In this document: in pieces, positions 36,837 to 47,510 of the stretch | How the letters are laid out: each line of letters begins with the position of its first letter | Numbering within the stretch: the first letter of the stretch is position 1 | NCBI GenBank assembly: GCA_043228905.1 | Contig: JBHGNT010000003.1 | Span: 14,756,001-14,820,000, forward strand | Origin: Azolla caroliniana | Lineage: Eukaryota > Plantae > Polypodiophyta | DNA: 64,000 nucleotides | Direction of reading: 5' to 3' | Program-made: the position numbers and the translations under genes | The notes under the pieces: model-generated | The model's input: only the letters and a program-made list of their open reading frames with translations | The model's database searches: none | Told to the model about the DNA's origin: nothing

Positions 36837-38158
36837 ACGTATAGTACTGGTGGGAGTAAACCTTGCCAACTCTGCAAAACTCTTTGCATGACTATCATTG
36901 CAAGATTAGGGTTATTGTGGATATTTGGATAAGTTAGGAACACTTGAGGCCTTATTTTTTGACAATACAGAAGACACCCTACTAAGTGCATCTGCACTAG
37001 GCATTCATCTCCAACATCCTTGGGTAACCTTCAAAAATGTGGCAAACAAATTTTCTTCTGATCCATCCCATCTATAATCAAGCACATTTATCTTTCTAGC
37101 GATTGAAGCGCTTTTTGATGATGGTGCATAGCATTAGATCTTTCCAACGCCTGGCTTTCTCGATGTTCTCTCAATAAATTCTTATATTTTGTTATTTCTT
37201 CATCTGTTCTCCCACTCTTTGCCATGCTTTTTAAACTCACACATATAGAACAAACACCCATCCGGACCTTGCGGGGTATGACCACATTGTTGAACTTCAA
37301 TCCCCATAAAGGATTAAAATGTGGATATTGTATGTAAGGTACACTTTCCAATAACATGTCATCCTTATACGCTTGGTATACCTCACGACGAGTGAAGTTA
37401 TCTGACAAATGTAACCTTCCAGTGGTGGGCATAACATCACATTGCTTCGAGAAATATATCTCCATCCATCTAACAACATGTCGTCCAATTAGACCCTTAC
37501 ATGTAGATTCTGTATTGTTGAAAGGTACCCACCACCCCTTAAGTAATTGATGTTGAATTATTTGTAACCTCATGTTCCCGATGCTATAGGCAATTTTAAA
37601 AGCAACTCAACAACTCTTCATAGTAAGTGAAAGGTAATATTCCACCCGCTAAGAACTTAACACTGCCAGATGGTCTTTAACAAGTTGCATATTGGCAATC
37701 AAGAATGTATTTTGTTCGTCGCCATTAAGAGACAAATGCTTTTGTCGCAACCCCCGCAAATTTGCCTTTCCAAAATTTGAAAGACAATGGCTCCCACAAC
37801 ATACCTTGCATATATCAATTGCAATTTGGCGATCCCAACAGAGAAAATTATATCGTTTAACACTCACTTGTTGAGGAACTCTTTGAAAATTTAGAGGTTT
37901 GTTGACGCAATCGTCGTCAACATTCGATAAACTAGACTCGTCATGATTTGCATCTACTTTAATATTTCTTATTTTACCCAAGTTAAAAGGCGCTATCGAA
38001 AAAAGTGACGTCGAACTTTGCTCTTGATCGTCGTTTGACTTTATATGGCACCATTTATTATTAACATGGTTATATTCCTCGATTGAGAATAATGAGTTAT
38101 TAGATAATTTCAAAGGCTCGATAGAAAACAGAGAATATTTACTCCAGTTTGAGGACAT
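36837..38158 (-). pseudogene. Sola-like transposase, N-terminal part (Cys clusters and 1st catalytic D)
   Basis: CCGSHCL, CDVMPTTGRLHL, RMGVCSICVSLK, CLIIDGMDQKKICLPHF, MHLVGCL, NPNLAMIVMQRVL...LPPVLYV joining QLDN across the TSD. Confidence 0.85.
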
Positions 38159-38843
38159 TTTGAGTAAGGCTAACTAAGATAAATTAAGTCCAAAATAGGC
38201 TCAAGTTTAGTTCTATAATAAGCACCATGTCCAAAAACATTTAAACAAAAAAAAACAAAATTATATAAGGGAACACCATCTTCTCATTGTCATTATCACG
38301 TTCAAGAAACAGAAGAGCATAGGAGCATAGAGCAACCAAGACTTCCAGTTTTCGCCTCCTCGGTCAAGTCGACACCAACGTCAGCAACATAAACAAGGGA
38401 AAGACGATTGCTAGGTATGTTTTCTGAACTATATTTTTAGATTCTTCAAAGATTCCTAAAAGATTCCTTTTTGTGTTTGTTAATTTCTGCGTCCAGAATT
38501 CAATGTTTTCTATTGAGTTCTTGTTGAAAGAGTGTTGCTTTCAATTGGAACTCGATGCATTGCATCGAGTTCTCGTTGAAAGGGGTGAGAACTTGATGCA
38601 AGCAGGGACGTTCAACGAGAACTCGAAAGCGGGGACGTTCACATTTCATGATCAATATACTAGAATTGGTCACTTTCTTGCTATTTTTTTTTTGCTTTTT
38701 TCTCAATTTTTTTAATGTAACATTACATTTAAAAATGAGTGATTTTCGCCTGCTTTTGCAGAACTTTACCTTAGTTTTCAGGTTTATGTTGTTTATTTTT
38801 AAGATTATTGATATATCATTGTGTTATTACTTGTTGTTTTCAG

Positions 38844-39739
38844 TGAATCACGACAAAAGGTCCCATCCTTCAAATTGAAGATTCCCTCCCCAACACAAAA
38901 ACCTTCTGACACCATGCCCAAGCATGACTCACGAAAAATGTTTATTGAGTCGGGAGGTGATGGGACTTCGAACACTTTAGACGAAAAGCTGGGGAGCCTC
39001 GCCTGAAGAGCTACCCTCATGTCGAGTGGACATTAATCTATACCGAGGAAGAAGGAGATTTGCTACTTATTTTTGCGAAATCTGAAGGTGAGGGCAAGTT
39101 GCAGGTGGGGAAGACCTTCACCTATGGCCATGTAAAGAACATCGAATACGAAGACAACGACTCATCTAACCTCTTGTTCGATGTTGATAGCTTGTTGGGG
39201 ATGTGCAGAGTCAGGATAGATGAACAAAATTTCGCAACTGACTCCTGCCACCCGAAAGCTTTGAAAAAAGATGTGCAAACCAAAATAATTTGGTTGTTGC
39301 TTTGCGCCCTAATATTAAGGTAGAGCTGATGGTCGCACAAGAAACTACACCACCAAAGTCTGCCAATAAATCAAAACCGGAACATAAGAAGTACAAGAAA
39401 AGGCAACAACCTGAGGAAGATGAGCTCGAGGTACTCGAGTTCGTAGAAGATGAGGAGGAAGATATCGAGCTCGAAGTTATTCCTCCAAGGGGCCACATTG
39501 CATTAGGAATACTCACCTTAGAGCAAAATCAGATCAGAGAAAACATTGTAAAGACGAAGCTTGTCCATAAAAGATAACTATTTCACTTGTTGATCTCCTC
39601 TATTCAGAGGCCACCCATTGATCCTGAACAGGAAGACAGGCTCTAGAAATAAGAGAGTCACATTCAGTGCATGTGCAAAACTTAAAAAGAAAAATGAAGA
39701 TAAATCCATATGCCACTGTAGTGCCATTATTAGTAATGG
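38844..39739 (+). pseudogene. Cargo gene 5' part: acidic/basic region and start of a ParB-like domain
   Basis: Upstream intron gtatgt(38415)...ttttcag(38843); frameshifted frames end in ALEIRESHSVHVQNLKRKMKINPYATVVPLLVM at the inversion breakpoint. Confidence 0.6.
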
Positions 39740-41086
39740 ATTCGGTGTCGGCAAGGAAGTTGGTAGCTTGTTTGAGTTCGATTGTTTGTCGAGTCTCTGA
39801 TTCGGCCCGTTGGGTCGGTCCTTCTACGACAATGTTGTCATCTTCGAAGGATACCTTCTTACCAACTATTTTCTGTTGGTTCTGTTGAGAGAAGAAATAG
39901 TCTTCATTGAAGACTACGTCACTGCTCTGGATCAATTTCCAGTTCTTAGGGTCCCATAGCTAGTAGCCGAAGTCCCCATCGGTTCCATAACCGAGAAATA
40001 TGCACTTTGTTGCATGGGGTGCCAACTTCGTCTTTTTGTCCCTAGGGATGAAGGTGTAGGCTTCGCATCTGAATATATGGAGCCTATCATAGGTCGGTTG
40101 TTTGCCTAACCATAGTGCCTGTGGCACTTCGAGCTTGATTGTGCTTGACGGCACCCGATTTATCAGGTACACTGCCGTCTGCAATGCCTCGGCCCAAAAT
40201 TCCAGCTTCAGTCCGACTTGCTGGAGCATTGCCGTCACCCTCTCCTAGATCATCCTGTTGATTTGTTCTGCCACTCCATTTTGCATGGGTGTGTAGGGAA
40301 TGGTCTTTTGGTGTCGGATCCCTTTTTCGGATAGGTGTTGTTTGAAGGCTCTGGAGGTGTATTCACCTCCGTTGTCGGATCAGAGTGTCTTCGTTCTGTA
40401 TCACAACCGATTCTCCACTTTAGATATCCATCAAGTGAAGACCTTGAGCGTTTCGTCTTTGGACTTGATGGAGTATGCCCAAACTTTCTGTGTACAATCA
40501 TCTACGAATGTGATGAAGTACCGGGAGCCTCATAGTGTTCGCTCTGCCATGGGCCCACATATGTCTGTGTGCACGAGCTCTAGGGGTTGTCGTACCATCT
40601 CGTAGTAGAGAGAGTGCGGACTTCAGGTCTATTTCCCATATTGACAATGCTCATAGAAGTCCGTCTTTGCTTGGAATTTCGGGATGCAACCGACTGTCAT
40701 CAGCCGATCAAGTCTGATTTGAGACATGTGGCCAAGTCGGCCATGCCATAGGTTCGGGTTAGTTTTCTCAGCTACGTTCACAACCCCTTCAGGGTTGATC
40801 GCCATCAATGGGTATAGATTATTATACTTATGCCCACTACCGATTTTGAGGTTTCCTCGGCTGATCACCCATGTCGACTCGTGTAGAGTCGTTCGATACC
40901 CGTCCTCGGCTAACATGCTGATGGAGACCAGACTCCTCTTTAGATCGGGTACGTGCTGACTATCTTGCACTCCTCCTCATTTCCTAGTCGGACTATGCCG
41001 CTGTCGTAGTGTAGGTTGCACACTATGTGAAAATTATATTTTTGTCCCTCCGGATAGAGAATGGAGTGCTCGGTGAGAACCGGAAG

Positions 41087-41177
41087 AAAACGGCATATCG
41101 GCAAGGAGGAAAACGGCATACCGGCAAGGAGGAAAACGGCATACCGTCAAGGAAGAAACGGCATACCGGCAAGGAAG
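41087..41177 (+). repeat. ~22-23-bp tandem repeat in Gypsy B LTR (4 units in 5' LTR, 3 in 3' LTR)
   Basis: aaaacggcataccggcaaggagg units; corresponding array at ~47583-47650. Confidence 0.85.
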
Positions 41178-41226
41178 AGCCGGATAAAGAGACATAAATG
41201 TAAAAAGAAAGGAAATACTCACTACT

Positions 41227-41294
41227 GCGCAGGGCGTGATTCAAACTCTGCACCTCCACGTTGACAAACCCCAACCTTACCATTACATTAAATT
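41227..41294 (-). promoter_or_regulatory. tRNA-like Pol III A/B-box cassette in Gypsy B LTR (also 47700-47767)
   Basis: Minus strand TAATGTAATGG-N32-AGTT(C/T)GAATC. Confidence 0.5.
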
Positions 41295-41868
41295 ATCTTA
41301 AGTGTTTTAAATATAGATTTAATATGTATAAGACCTTTATTTATGCATACCTTTATTAAAAGGTAAATCGTGTATTTCTTTAATATATGAAAAAGAAAAA
41401 AACACGAGACACTAAAAATAACTCATGCACATCTAGCGTGCATGAGCCCTATACTTAGGAAATAAAAAAGCATCACATGCACATTTAGTGGACATGAACA
41501 CTTTTTGTAAAAAAAAGCATGAAGCCATGCTTAGCTCTTCCTTCCTTATATAAGGAGGAGAGAAATATGTAAAGAGTTGTTGATTATTTGGATTAAGTAT
41601 TAATTAATACAAAAATTATTCGTGGGATTCACGATTTATACGTCTACTTCTCTCTTAACACCCTAAGTACCAATTAATATAGTATACTCGTGTGATTCAC
41701 GAGTTTCTTATCTTTCTCTTCGTTATTTATTCATAATTAATCTCTATCTCACGAACTTCTTTCTCCTAGTCCAAGACCTCTGTGGTTCCCACCCGACTCA
41801 CGCAACGATCCGGAGCCGAAAGGCACGACACAGTTGGTGAACCCGACGTGAAGACGGGTGGCAAGGAG

Positions 41869-43908
41869 ATGGAGGCTCAACAAGCTAACAATATGATGGC
41901 GATGTTCGAACGGATGCTTCAAGAACAACGCACGATGTCGGAGATTTCGGCATCAGTAGAGCGGCTCGTGCAATGCAACGGGCAATTTAATGGTAAGGAT
42001 GTGTCGCAATATTTGCAGGACTACAAGGCGGAGATGCTCCGGTGCCGGGCTTCGGAAGGACTGCAAGTGACATCCTTTAACCGGGTGGCGACCGACGGGC
42101 TTCAAGGGAGTATCCACGGGTTGCAACAACAAAATCCGACGTGGGAAGCATTCGAAGAGGCGTTAAAGACCACGTTTGCCATCGAGGACTCCTCCAAGGC
42201 AACGCGGAGGGGATTCGAGGATTGGGTGGAAACGTCAGGTAAGGGGCTGAAGGTCCTCGAAGTGTTTTCGACATTCGAAAGTCGGTTCGGGAGGTTGTCC
42301 GCGAGAGATCAAACTATTCTTGCACCGGACAAAGTCATCATGTTTTTGCGAGCTGTGGACGTCCGGGACCGGAAAGATCTCGGAGTGCTTCTTGAGGACA
42401 CGACCACTGAAAGCGGCCTCACCGAAACATGGGAAAGCGTGCGGGATATCGTCGCGCGGTACACGAAGAGGGGGCAATGGCTTGCCAACGAAGAAAAGAG
42501 GGTTTCGGAACCGATTCCGAAACCGAGAACGGGATTGGAAGACCATCAACCGAGGGCTCGGGAGATTACGGCCGAGAAGGGAGTCGACGCGTCTACGGTG
42601 GAGCAGCTGCTGAAGGAGATGGAGAATCTAAAGATCGCGATGGTGAAGAAGTCGGATGACCGCCCCACAAGCTCCAAATATACGGATCGACGGTGCATAT
42701 GGTGCGATAGCGCCGAACACGATCGGAGGGATTGCGACGACCATAAGGAGGCGCTACGACGGGATCTCATCTACTACGAGGGAAACCGGATTCATTCGAT
42801 GGACTCTCGGAAGCCACTCCGACCGAACTTCCGGAAAGGCGGCATGAAGAAGGTGCTCGAGGAGGAGTTAGCGGCAAGAAGCAACTATGCGACAACCGCG
42901 GGAATATGTGTCGGGGAGTCAACGGGAGCGAAGGCGTCTTTCTGGCCGGAGGTGCTAGGAAACACCGAGAAAACCGACTCCAACGATATCCGAAACACCG
43001 CGGAAGGCGTCCGGGAAGCTACGGGATGGGAGTGCCCTGTCGACAAGAATAGCATATACGCCCTGTGTCAATTACATGAGGTGTATGTGGACGAGAAACG
43101 ACGGCGCACGGAGGATGCGGCCGGACCATCGAAGATACCGGAAAGCTGGAACTCCGGAGGTAAGGGAAAAGAAAAGGCGACTCCGGCATTCAAGCTCGCC
43201 TCGGACATAGAACAACAAACCGACTTGAAAAGGGTGTTCGAGGAAAGAATCTTGGATAGCCGGGTAGATTTTTCGCTGCGAGAACTACTCGGAATAGCGA
43301 AGAAGGAGTTTCACGATCTTCTCGTGGATCTCGTGAAAAGGAAGAGACAAAGTACGGAGGAAAATGCTCCAAGGGTGAATGCAAATACCGTTTCAATGAA
43401 CGACACCGAAGTGGAAGGCGAAATTCCGAACTCCCACTATACAAGGCCACACTGGGCACGTGCGACTACGGAGACTCCGGTCCGAATCGGCAACATCAAA
43501 GAACCCGTGCTAGCATTGATTGATCACGGATCGGAGATCAACTTGATGTCCAAGGAGTTCTACCGAAAGGGGAAGTGGCCTATAAACACCAACCATGGAT
43601 GGAAGATTCGGGCAGCCACGAAAACGACAGAAGACCTATTTGCGGCTTGTCCGGATGTGACGGTAAAGATCGGGGATGTCGAAATTGACCAAAATTTCTT
43701 TGTGCAGGATGAGGTTTCACATTCTGTCATCCTCGGCCAACCCTTTATCACGGCTTCATGGATGGAGACGAAGGTGCTCGATAGTGGTGCGGCTTTTGCG
43801 CGAATTCGGAGCCAAAACGGAGGGAAATCCGTCCAATTCCTAACGGTGCCGGCAAATCACGAAAGGAACAAGAGGGAACTCTTGTCCCAAGTGAGAATGG
43901 ATTTTTAA
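41869..43908 (+). CDS. Gypsy B Gag-protease
   Basis: Open frame (track ORF from 41782; first ATG after the PBS at 41869); QFNGKDVSQYL, CIWCDSAEHDRRDC, ALIDHGSEIN, VILGQPF. Confidence 0.92.
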   Translation: MEAQQANNMMAMFERMLQEQRTMSEISASVERLVQCNGQFNGKDVSQYLQDYKAEMLRCRASEGLQVTSFNRVATDGLQGSIHGLQQQNPTWEAFEEALKTTFAIEDSSKATRRGFEDWVETSGKGLKVLEVFSTFESRFGRLSARDQTILAPDKVIMFLRAVDVRDRKDLGVLLEDTTTESGLTETWESVRDIVARYTKRGQWLANEEKRVSEPIPKPRTGLEDHQPRAREITAEKGVDASTVEQLLKEMENLKIAMVKKSDDRPTSSKYTDRRCIWCDSAEHDRRDCDDHKEALRRDLIYYEGNRIHSMDSRKPLRPNFRKGGMKKVLEEELAARSNYATTAGICVGESTGAKASFWPEVLGNTEKTDSNDIRNTAEGVREATGWECPVDKNSIYALCQLHEVYVDEKRRRTEDAAGPSKIPESWNSGGKGKEKATPAFKLASDIEQQTDLKRVFEERILDSRVDFSLRELLGIAKKEFHDLLVDLVKRKRQSTEENAPRVNANTVSMNDTEVEGEIPNSHYTRPHWARATTETPVRIGNIKEPVLALIDHGSEINLMSKEFYRKGKWPINTNHGWKIRAATKTTEDLFAACPDVTVKIGDVEIDQNFFVQDEVSHSVILGQPFITASWMETKVLDSGAAFARIRSQNGGKSVQFLTVPANHERNKRELLSQVRMDF

Positions 43909-43962
43909 AGCGGACTGTTGCGGAGTGGGGAAGTGATAGTCCGAGAAGCCCTGATACCCCAC
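43899..43962 (+). promoter_or_regulatory. Predicted -1 ribosomal frameshift signal (G GAT TTT plus H-type pseudoknot)
   Basis: Heptamer 43899-43905 just before the ORF1 stop; the -1 frame is open into pol; stem1 43911-19/43935-43, stem2 43925-30/43957-62. Confidence 0.78.
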
Positions 43963-46900
43963 ACAGGAAGAAAACTCTCGGAGCAAAACAAGTACGAATC
44001 GGCCCGGATGGGGCATCTACGTACACGGCCGTAACCGGAGGAATGAAGAAACAATACCGACAAGTGGAGGATAAGTTACGGTCGGCATCAATAATAAAAG
44101 AAGACGAAGAAATCGTGGGAGTGATCGAGGAAGTGTTCTATGGGAATACACTACAACGGCTTGAAGAGCTTGCGGAAGATAAAAGCCAAGGGAACCGGGT
44201 AGTCCCGGTGGAATCGGTCGAGATGTACGAGATCGTTGCGAAAATGGGGCCGGATGCGCTCCGCAAAGAAGAAGCAATGGTAAGTACGAAATACAAGACC
44301 GTGGAGAAGAAGGTGAAACCGGCCGCGGGACCACTACCCGCTGATAGCGAACAAAAGAAGAAAGAAGTCTCGGGAGATCCGACACTTCGGAAGTCCGTGG
44401 ATATCGGACATGCCTTCACAGATGAGACCCGGAAGAAACTTCGGATCGGTGGAGGTGGGTTCCTCTTACAAGAAGAAGAAAAACGGTTTCGAGAGATGTT
44501 GGAGCAACATGGCAAAGCATTCGCGTTCACATCGAGGGAGATCGGATGCATTGATCCAAAGATAGTGGAGCCGATGGTGATTTTCACGATTGATCATGTA
44601 CCGTGGAACCTGAAGCCGATTCCGGTGCCACGGGCGCATATTCCGAAAGTCATCGACTTGCTCAAGGAGAAGGTGGCGATGGGGATTCTAGAGCCATCAA
44701 GTGCTCCGTACTCAAATCGATGGTTTACGGTTCCGAAGAAGAATGGGTCACTCCGATTTATCCAAGACTTGCAACCGGTGAACAAGGTCACGATCCGGAA
44801 CTCGGGAGTCGGTCCGATAGTGGACGAATTCGCGGAAGCTTTTGCCGGACGTGCGATATACTCCATCGGGGACCTATACTCGGGGTATGACCAATTCCAA
44901 CTAGCCGTGGAGAGCCGAGACATCACTACCATGCGGACACCGATAGGACTAGTTCGAATGTGCACACTACCACAAGGAGCGACAAACTCGGTTGCACATA
45001 TGATGAACGCGATGAACAAGGTGCTTCGAGATTGCATCCCGGAGATAACGATGCCGTTTCTAGATGACATTCCGATGAAAGGATGCGCGGTGGAAGAAAA
45101 AGATGAGACTATGGATGATCGGGGATGCCGAAAGTTCGTGGTCGACCATATTCATGATTGCGAGAAAGTGTTGCGAAAGCTAGAAGATGTGCACCTAACA
45201 CTTTCCGGGGAGAAATCGGCATTCGGGCAAGAAGAAATATTGGTGGTCGGACATCTATGTGGACCCTACGGCCGAAGACCGTCACCAACAAAGATCGATG
45301 CGATTCAAGCTATGAAGGAAGTATGTGAGTCAACATCGGAAGTCCGAAGGTTTCTGGGTGCGTGTGCATTCTATCACATATGGATTCCGCACTATGCACA
45401 TATAGCGGACCCGCTCTATCACTTGTTGCGGAAACGTAAGAAATTCGAGTGGAAACCGGAACACACTAAAGCCATGAGGAAGCTCAAGAAGACACTATGG
45501 AGGGCGGAATCACTTAAGAAGCCAAGCTACGAGCGGCCAATCATAGTAACGGTTGATACAAGTCCAACCGGTATCGGGTGGGTCATCAATCAAGCCGACT
45601 CGGATGGTTCGCGGTATCCGATCCGATTTGGAGCAAAGGTCCTCAACGAAAGGCAACGCGGATATGCACAAGTCAAAAGAGAATTGTGGGGAGTCGTGTC
45701 GGCGATAAAATCGGATCGGGATTATTTGATCGGAGCTGAAGTGGTGATCGAGACGGATTGTCTTCCGATACTCGGGATGATGCGGTGTTGTACGATACCG
45801 GATGTGGCTATGCTAAGGTGGATTGCATATGTCAAGTCACTTAATCCGGAGGTTCGACACATCTCGGGGAAGGACAACGCGGTAGCGGACATGTTATCGA
45901 GGGCGCGGTTTGAAGACGACATAACCGAATCAGATAATGAAGAAGTTTCCGAAGACTACTTCACGTCAGAACACATATGCCGAGTGAACGTGATCCGAGA
46001 ATTCCGGGAAGAAGAATACGAGGGGGAAACCTTGATGATCGGGAAGATGCTACAAGAGGTCGAGGATTCAACCAATGATAAAGAAAGGAGAGCCGAGATC
46101 CGAAGGAGGAAGAGGCAAGTCCAAAAGTTCTTCTTGGAAAACGGTTTAATATGGAGGACGCCGAAAAGACCGGATGGGATACCACTTCGAGTAGTCGGGA
46201 CGAAAGAGCAACGAAACCGGATAATGTCCGAGTTCCACGAATCCGATTGGGCTGGACATCGAGGAACATGGGCAACTTTTGTGAAAATCAAGCAAAGATA
46301 TTGGTGGAAGAACATGTATAAAGATGTCGCGGAGTTCACAGAAAGCTGCGAGAAATGTCAAGTCTACTCCGGGGTCCGACACCGAGATGAGCTGCATCCG
46401 ACATTCTCACCGACAATCAACTTCAAGTGGATGGTCGACATTGTAGCTATGCCGACCGGGATTGGACAAAAGAAATACTTGGTGTTAGCTCGAGAAGATC
46501 TCACAAACCAAGTTGAAGGTCGAGCGCTTCGGAGGAAAACGTGTGCCGCGGTGTGCCAATTTCTTTTGGAAGAAGTGTTTTGTAGGTACGGTTGCGTAGG
46601 ACAAGTGATTGCGGACCGGGGAGAACTCGACTCGGACAAAGCTAGGGGATTCTTCGCCAAACATGGAGTTCGGTTAACGTTGACAACGGCCTACAATCCG
46701 GAGGCCAACGGGAAGATCGAACGAGGACATAGTCCGATCGTGAAAGCACTTGCGAAGGCATGCGACGGAAGGGTGAAGGATTGGCCACAAATGCTTCCGT
46801 ATGCACTATGGGCGGATCGGACGACGCATAGCTCCGTGACCGGTTACATGCCGGCAGAACTCATGACCGGACAAGCACCGGTAATGCCAACGGAAACCGC

Positions 46901-47510
46901 AATCGCGACATGGACAATACTACCGTGGAAGGAAGAGATGAGCCGGGAAGAACTACTAGCGGTCCGGATACGACAACTGGAGGGAAGACCGAAAGATGTA
47001 GCGGAAGCGTCACGCCGACAACAAGAAGCACGATTCCGGAACAAAAGCCGGTTCGACACAAAGCACCGACTACGACCGAGGAGGATTGAAGAAGGAGATT
47101 GGGTGATCGTCTATGATAGTAGCTTGGACCATCAACATACAACGATGCGGAAATTCGCGAAAAGGTGGTTCGGGCCGTATGAGGTTCGGAAGGTCTTCGA
47201 CAACGGGACATACCGACTGTCCGAGTTGGATGGAACAATACTACGAGTGCCTATAGCCGGGAAGCGGGTGAAGATTTTCAAGAAGCGGACCGACGACAAA
47301 CCTTATGTGATCCAAGTCGAGGCCGACAACGAGGAGCAATCGGACGAAGACCACAATGATGCGGGAAGCGAAGAAAGTGGATTACAACTCATAGTCGACA
47401 TAAGGGGAGAATCGGAGGAAGCTTCGGATGAAGACGGATACGAAGAATCAAGAACTTCGGCACATACCGGAGGATGTGCGGGTTTGGAGGGGGCGAGTGT
47501 CGTAGTGTAG
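43899..47510 (+). CDS. Gypsy B Pol (RT-RNaseH-integrase), -1 frame relative to gag-pro
   Basis: Uninterrupted; PFLDD RT motif, TVDTSP/ETDC/DMLSR RNase H, HESDWAGH..CEKC, VDIV..ADRGE..KIERGH integrase, WFGPY. Confidence 0.95.
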   Translation, partial: GFLKRTVAEWGSDSPRSPDTPHRKKTLGAKQVRIGPDGASTYTAVTGGMKKQYRQVEDKLRSASIIKEDEEIVGVIEEVFYGNTLQRLEELAEDKSQGNRVVPVESVEMYEIVAKMGPDALRKEEAMVSTKYKTVEKKVKPAAGPLPADSEQKKKEVSGDPTLRKSVDIGHAFTDETRKKLRIGGGGFLLQEEEKRFREMLEQHGKAFAFTSREIGCIDPKIVEPMVIFTIDHVPWNLKPIPVPRAHIPKVIDLLKEKVAMGILEPSSAPYSNRWFTVPKKNGSLRFIQDLQPVNKVTIRNSGVGPIVDEFAEAFAGRAIYSIGDLYSGYDQFQLAVESRDITTMRTPIGLVRMCTLPQGATNSVAHMMNAMNKVLRDCIPEITMPFLDDIPMKGCAVEEKDETMDDRGCRKFVVDHIHDCEKVLRKLEDVHLTLSGEKSAFGQEEILVVGHLCGPYGRRPSPTKIDAIQAMKEVCESTSEVRRFLGACAFYHIWIPHYAHIADPLYHLLRKRKKFEWKPEHTKAMRKLKKTLWRAESLKKPSYERPIIVTVDTSPTGIGWVINQADSDGSRYPIRFGAKVLNERQRGYAQVKRELWGVVSAIKSDRDYLIGAEVVIETDCLPILGMMRCCTIPDVAMLRWIAYVKSLNPEVRHISGKDNAVADMLSRARFEDDITESDNEEVSEDYFTSEHICRVNVIREFREEEYEGETLMIGKMLQEVEDSTNDKERRAEIRRRKRQVQKFFLENGLIWRTPKRPDGIPLRVVGTKEQRNRIMSEFHESDWAGHRGTWATFVKIKQRYWWKNMYKDVAEFTESCEKCQVYSGVRHRDELHPTFSPTINFKWMVDIVAMPTGIGQKKYLVLAREDLTNQVEGRALRRKTCAAVCQFLLEEVFCRYGCVGQVIADRGELDSDKARGFFAKHGVRLTLTTAYNPEANGKIERGHSPIVKALAKACDGRVKDWPQMLPYALWADRTTHSSVTGYMPAELMTGQAPVMPTETAIATWTILPWKEEMSREELLAVRIRQLEGRPKDVAEASRRQQEARFRNKSRFDTKHRLRPRRIEEGDWVIVYDSSLDHQHTTMRKFAKRWFGPYEVRKVFDNGTYRLSELDGTILRVPIAGKRVKIFKKRTDDKPYVIQVEADNEEQSDEDHNDAGSEESGLQLIVDIRGESEEASDEDGYEESRTSAHTGGCAGLEGASVVV

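Noticed and set aside
41227-41294. Functional tRNA genes in LTRs (also 56757-56819 and 60009-60070)
   Set aside because: Acceptor and anticodon stems do not pair properly; only box-like motifs remain
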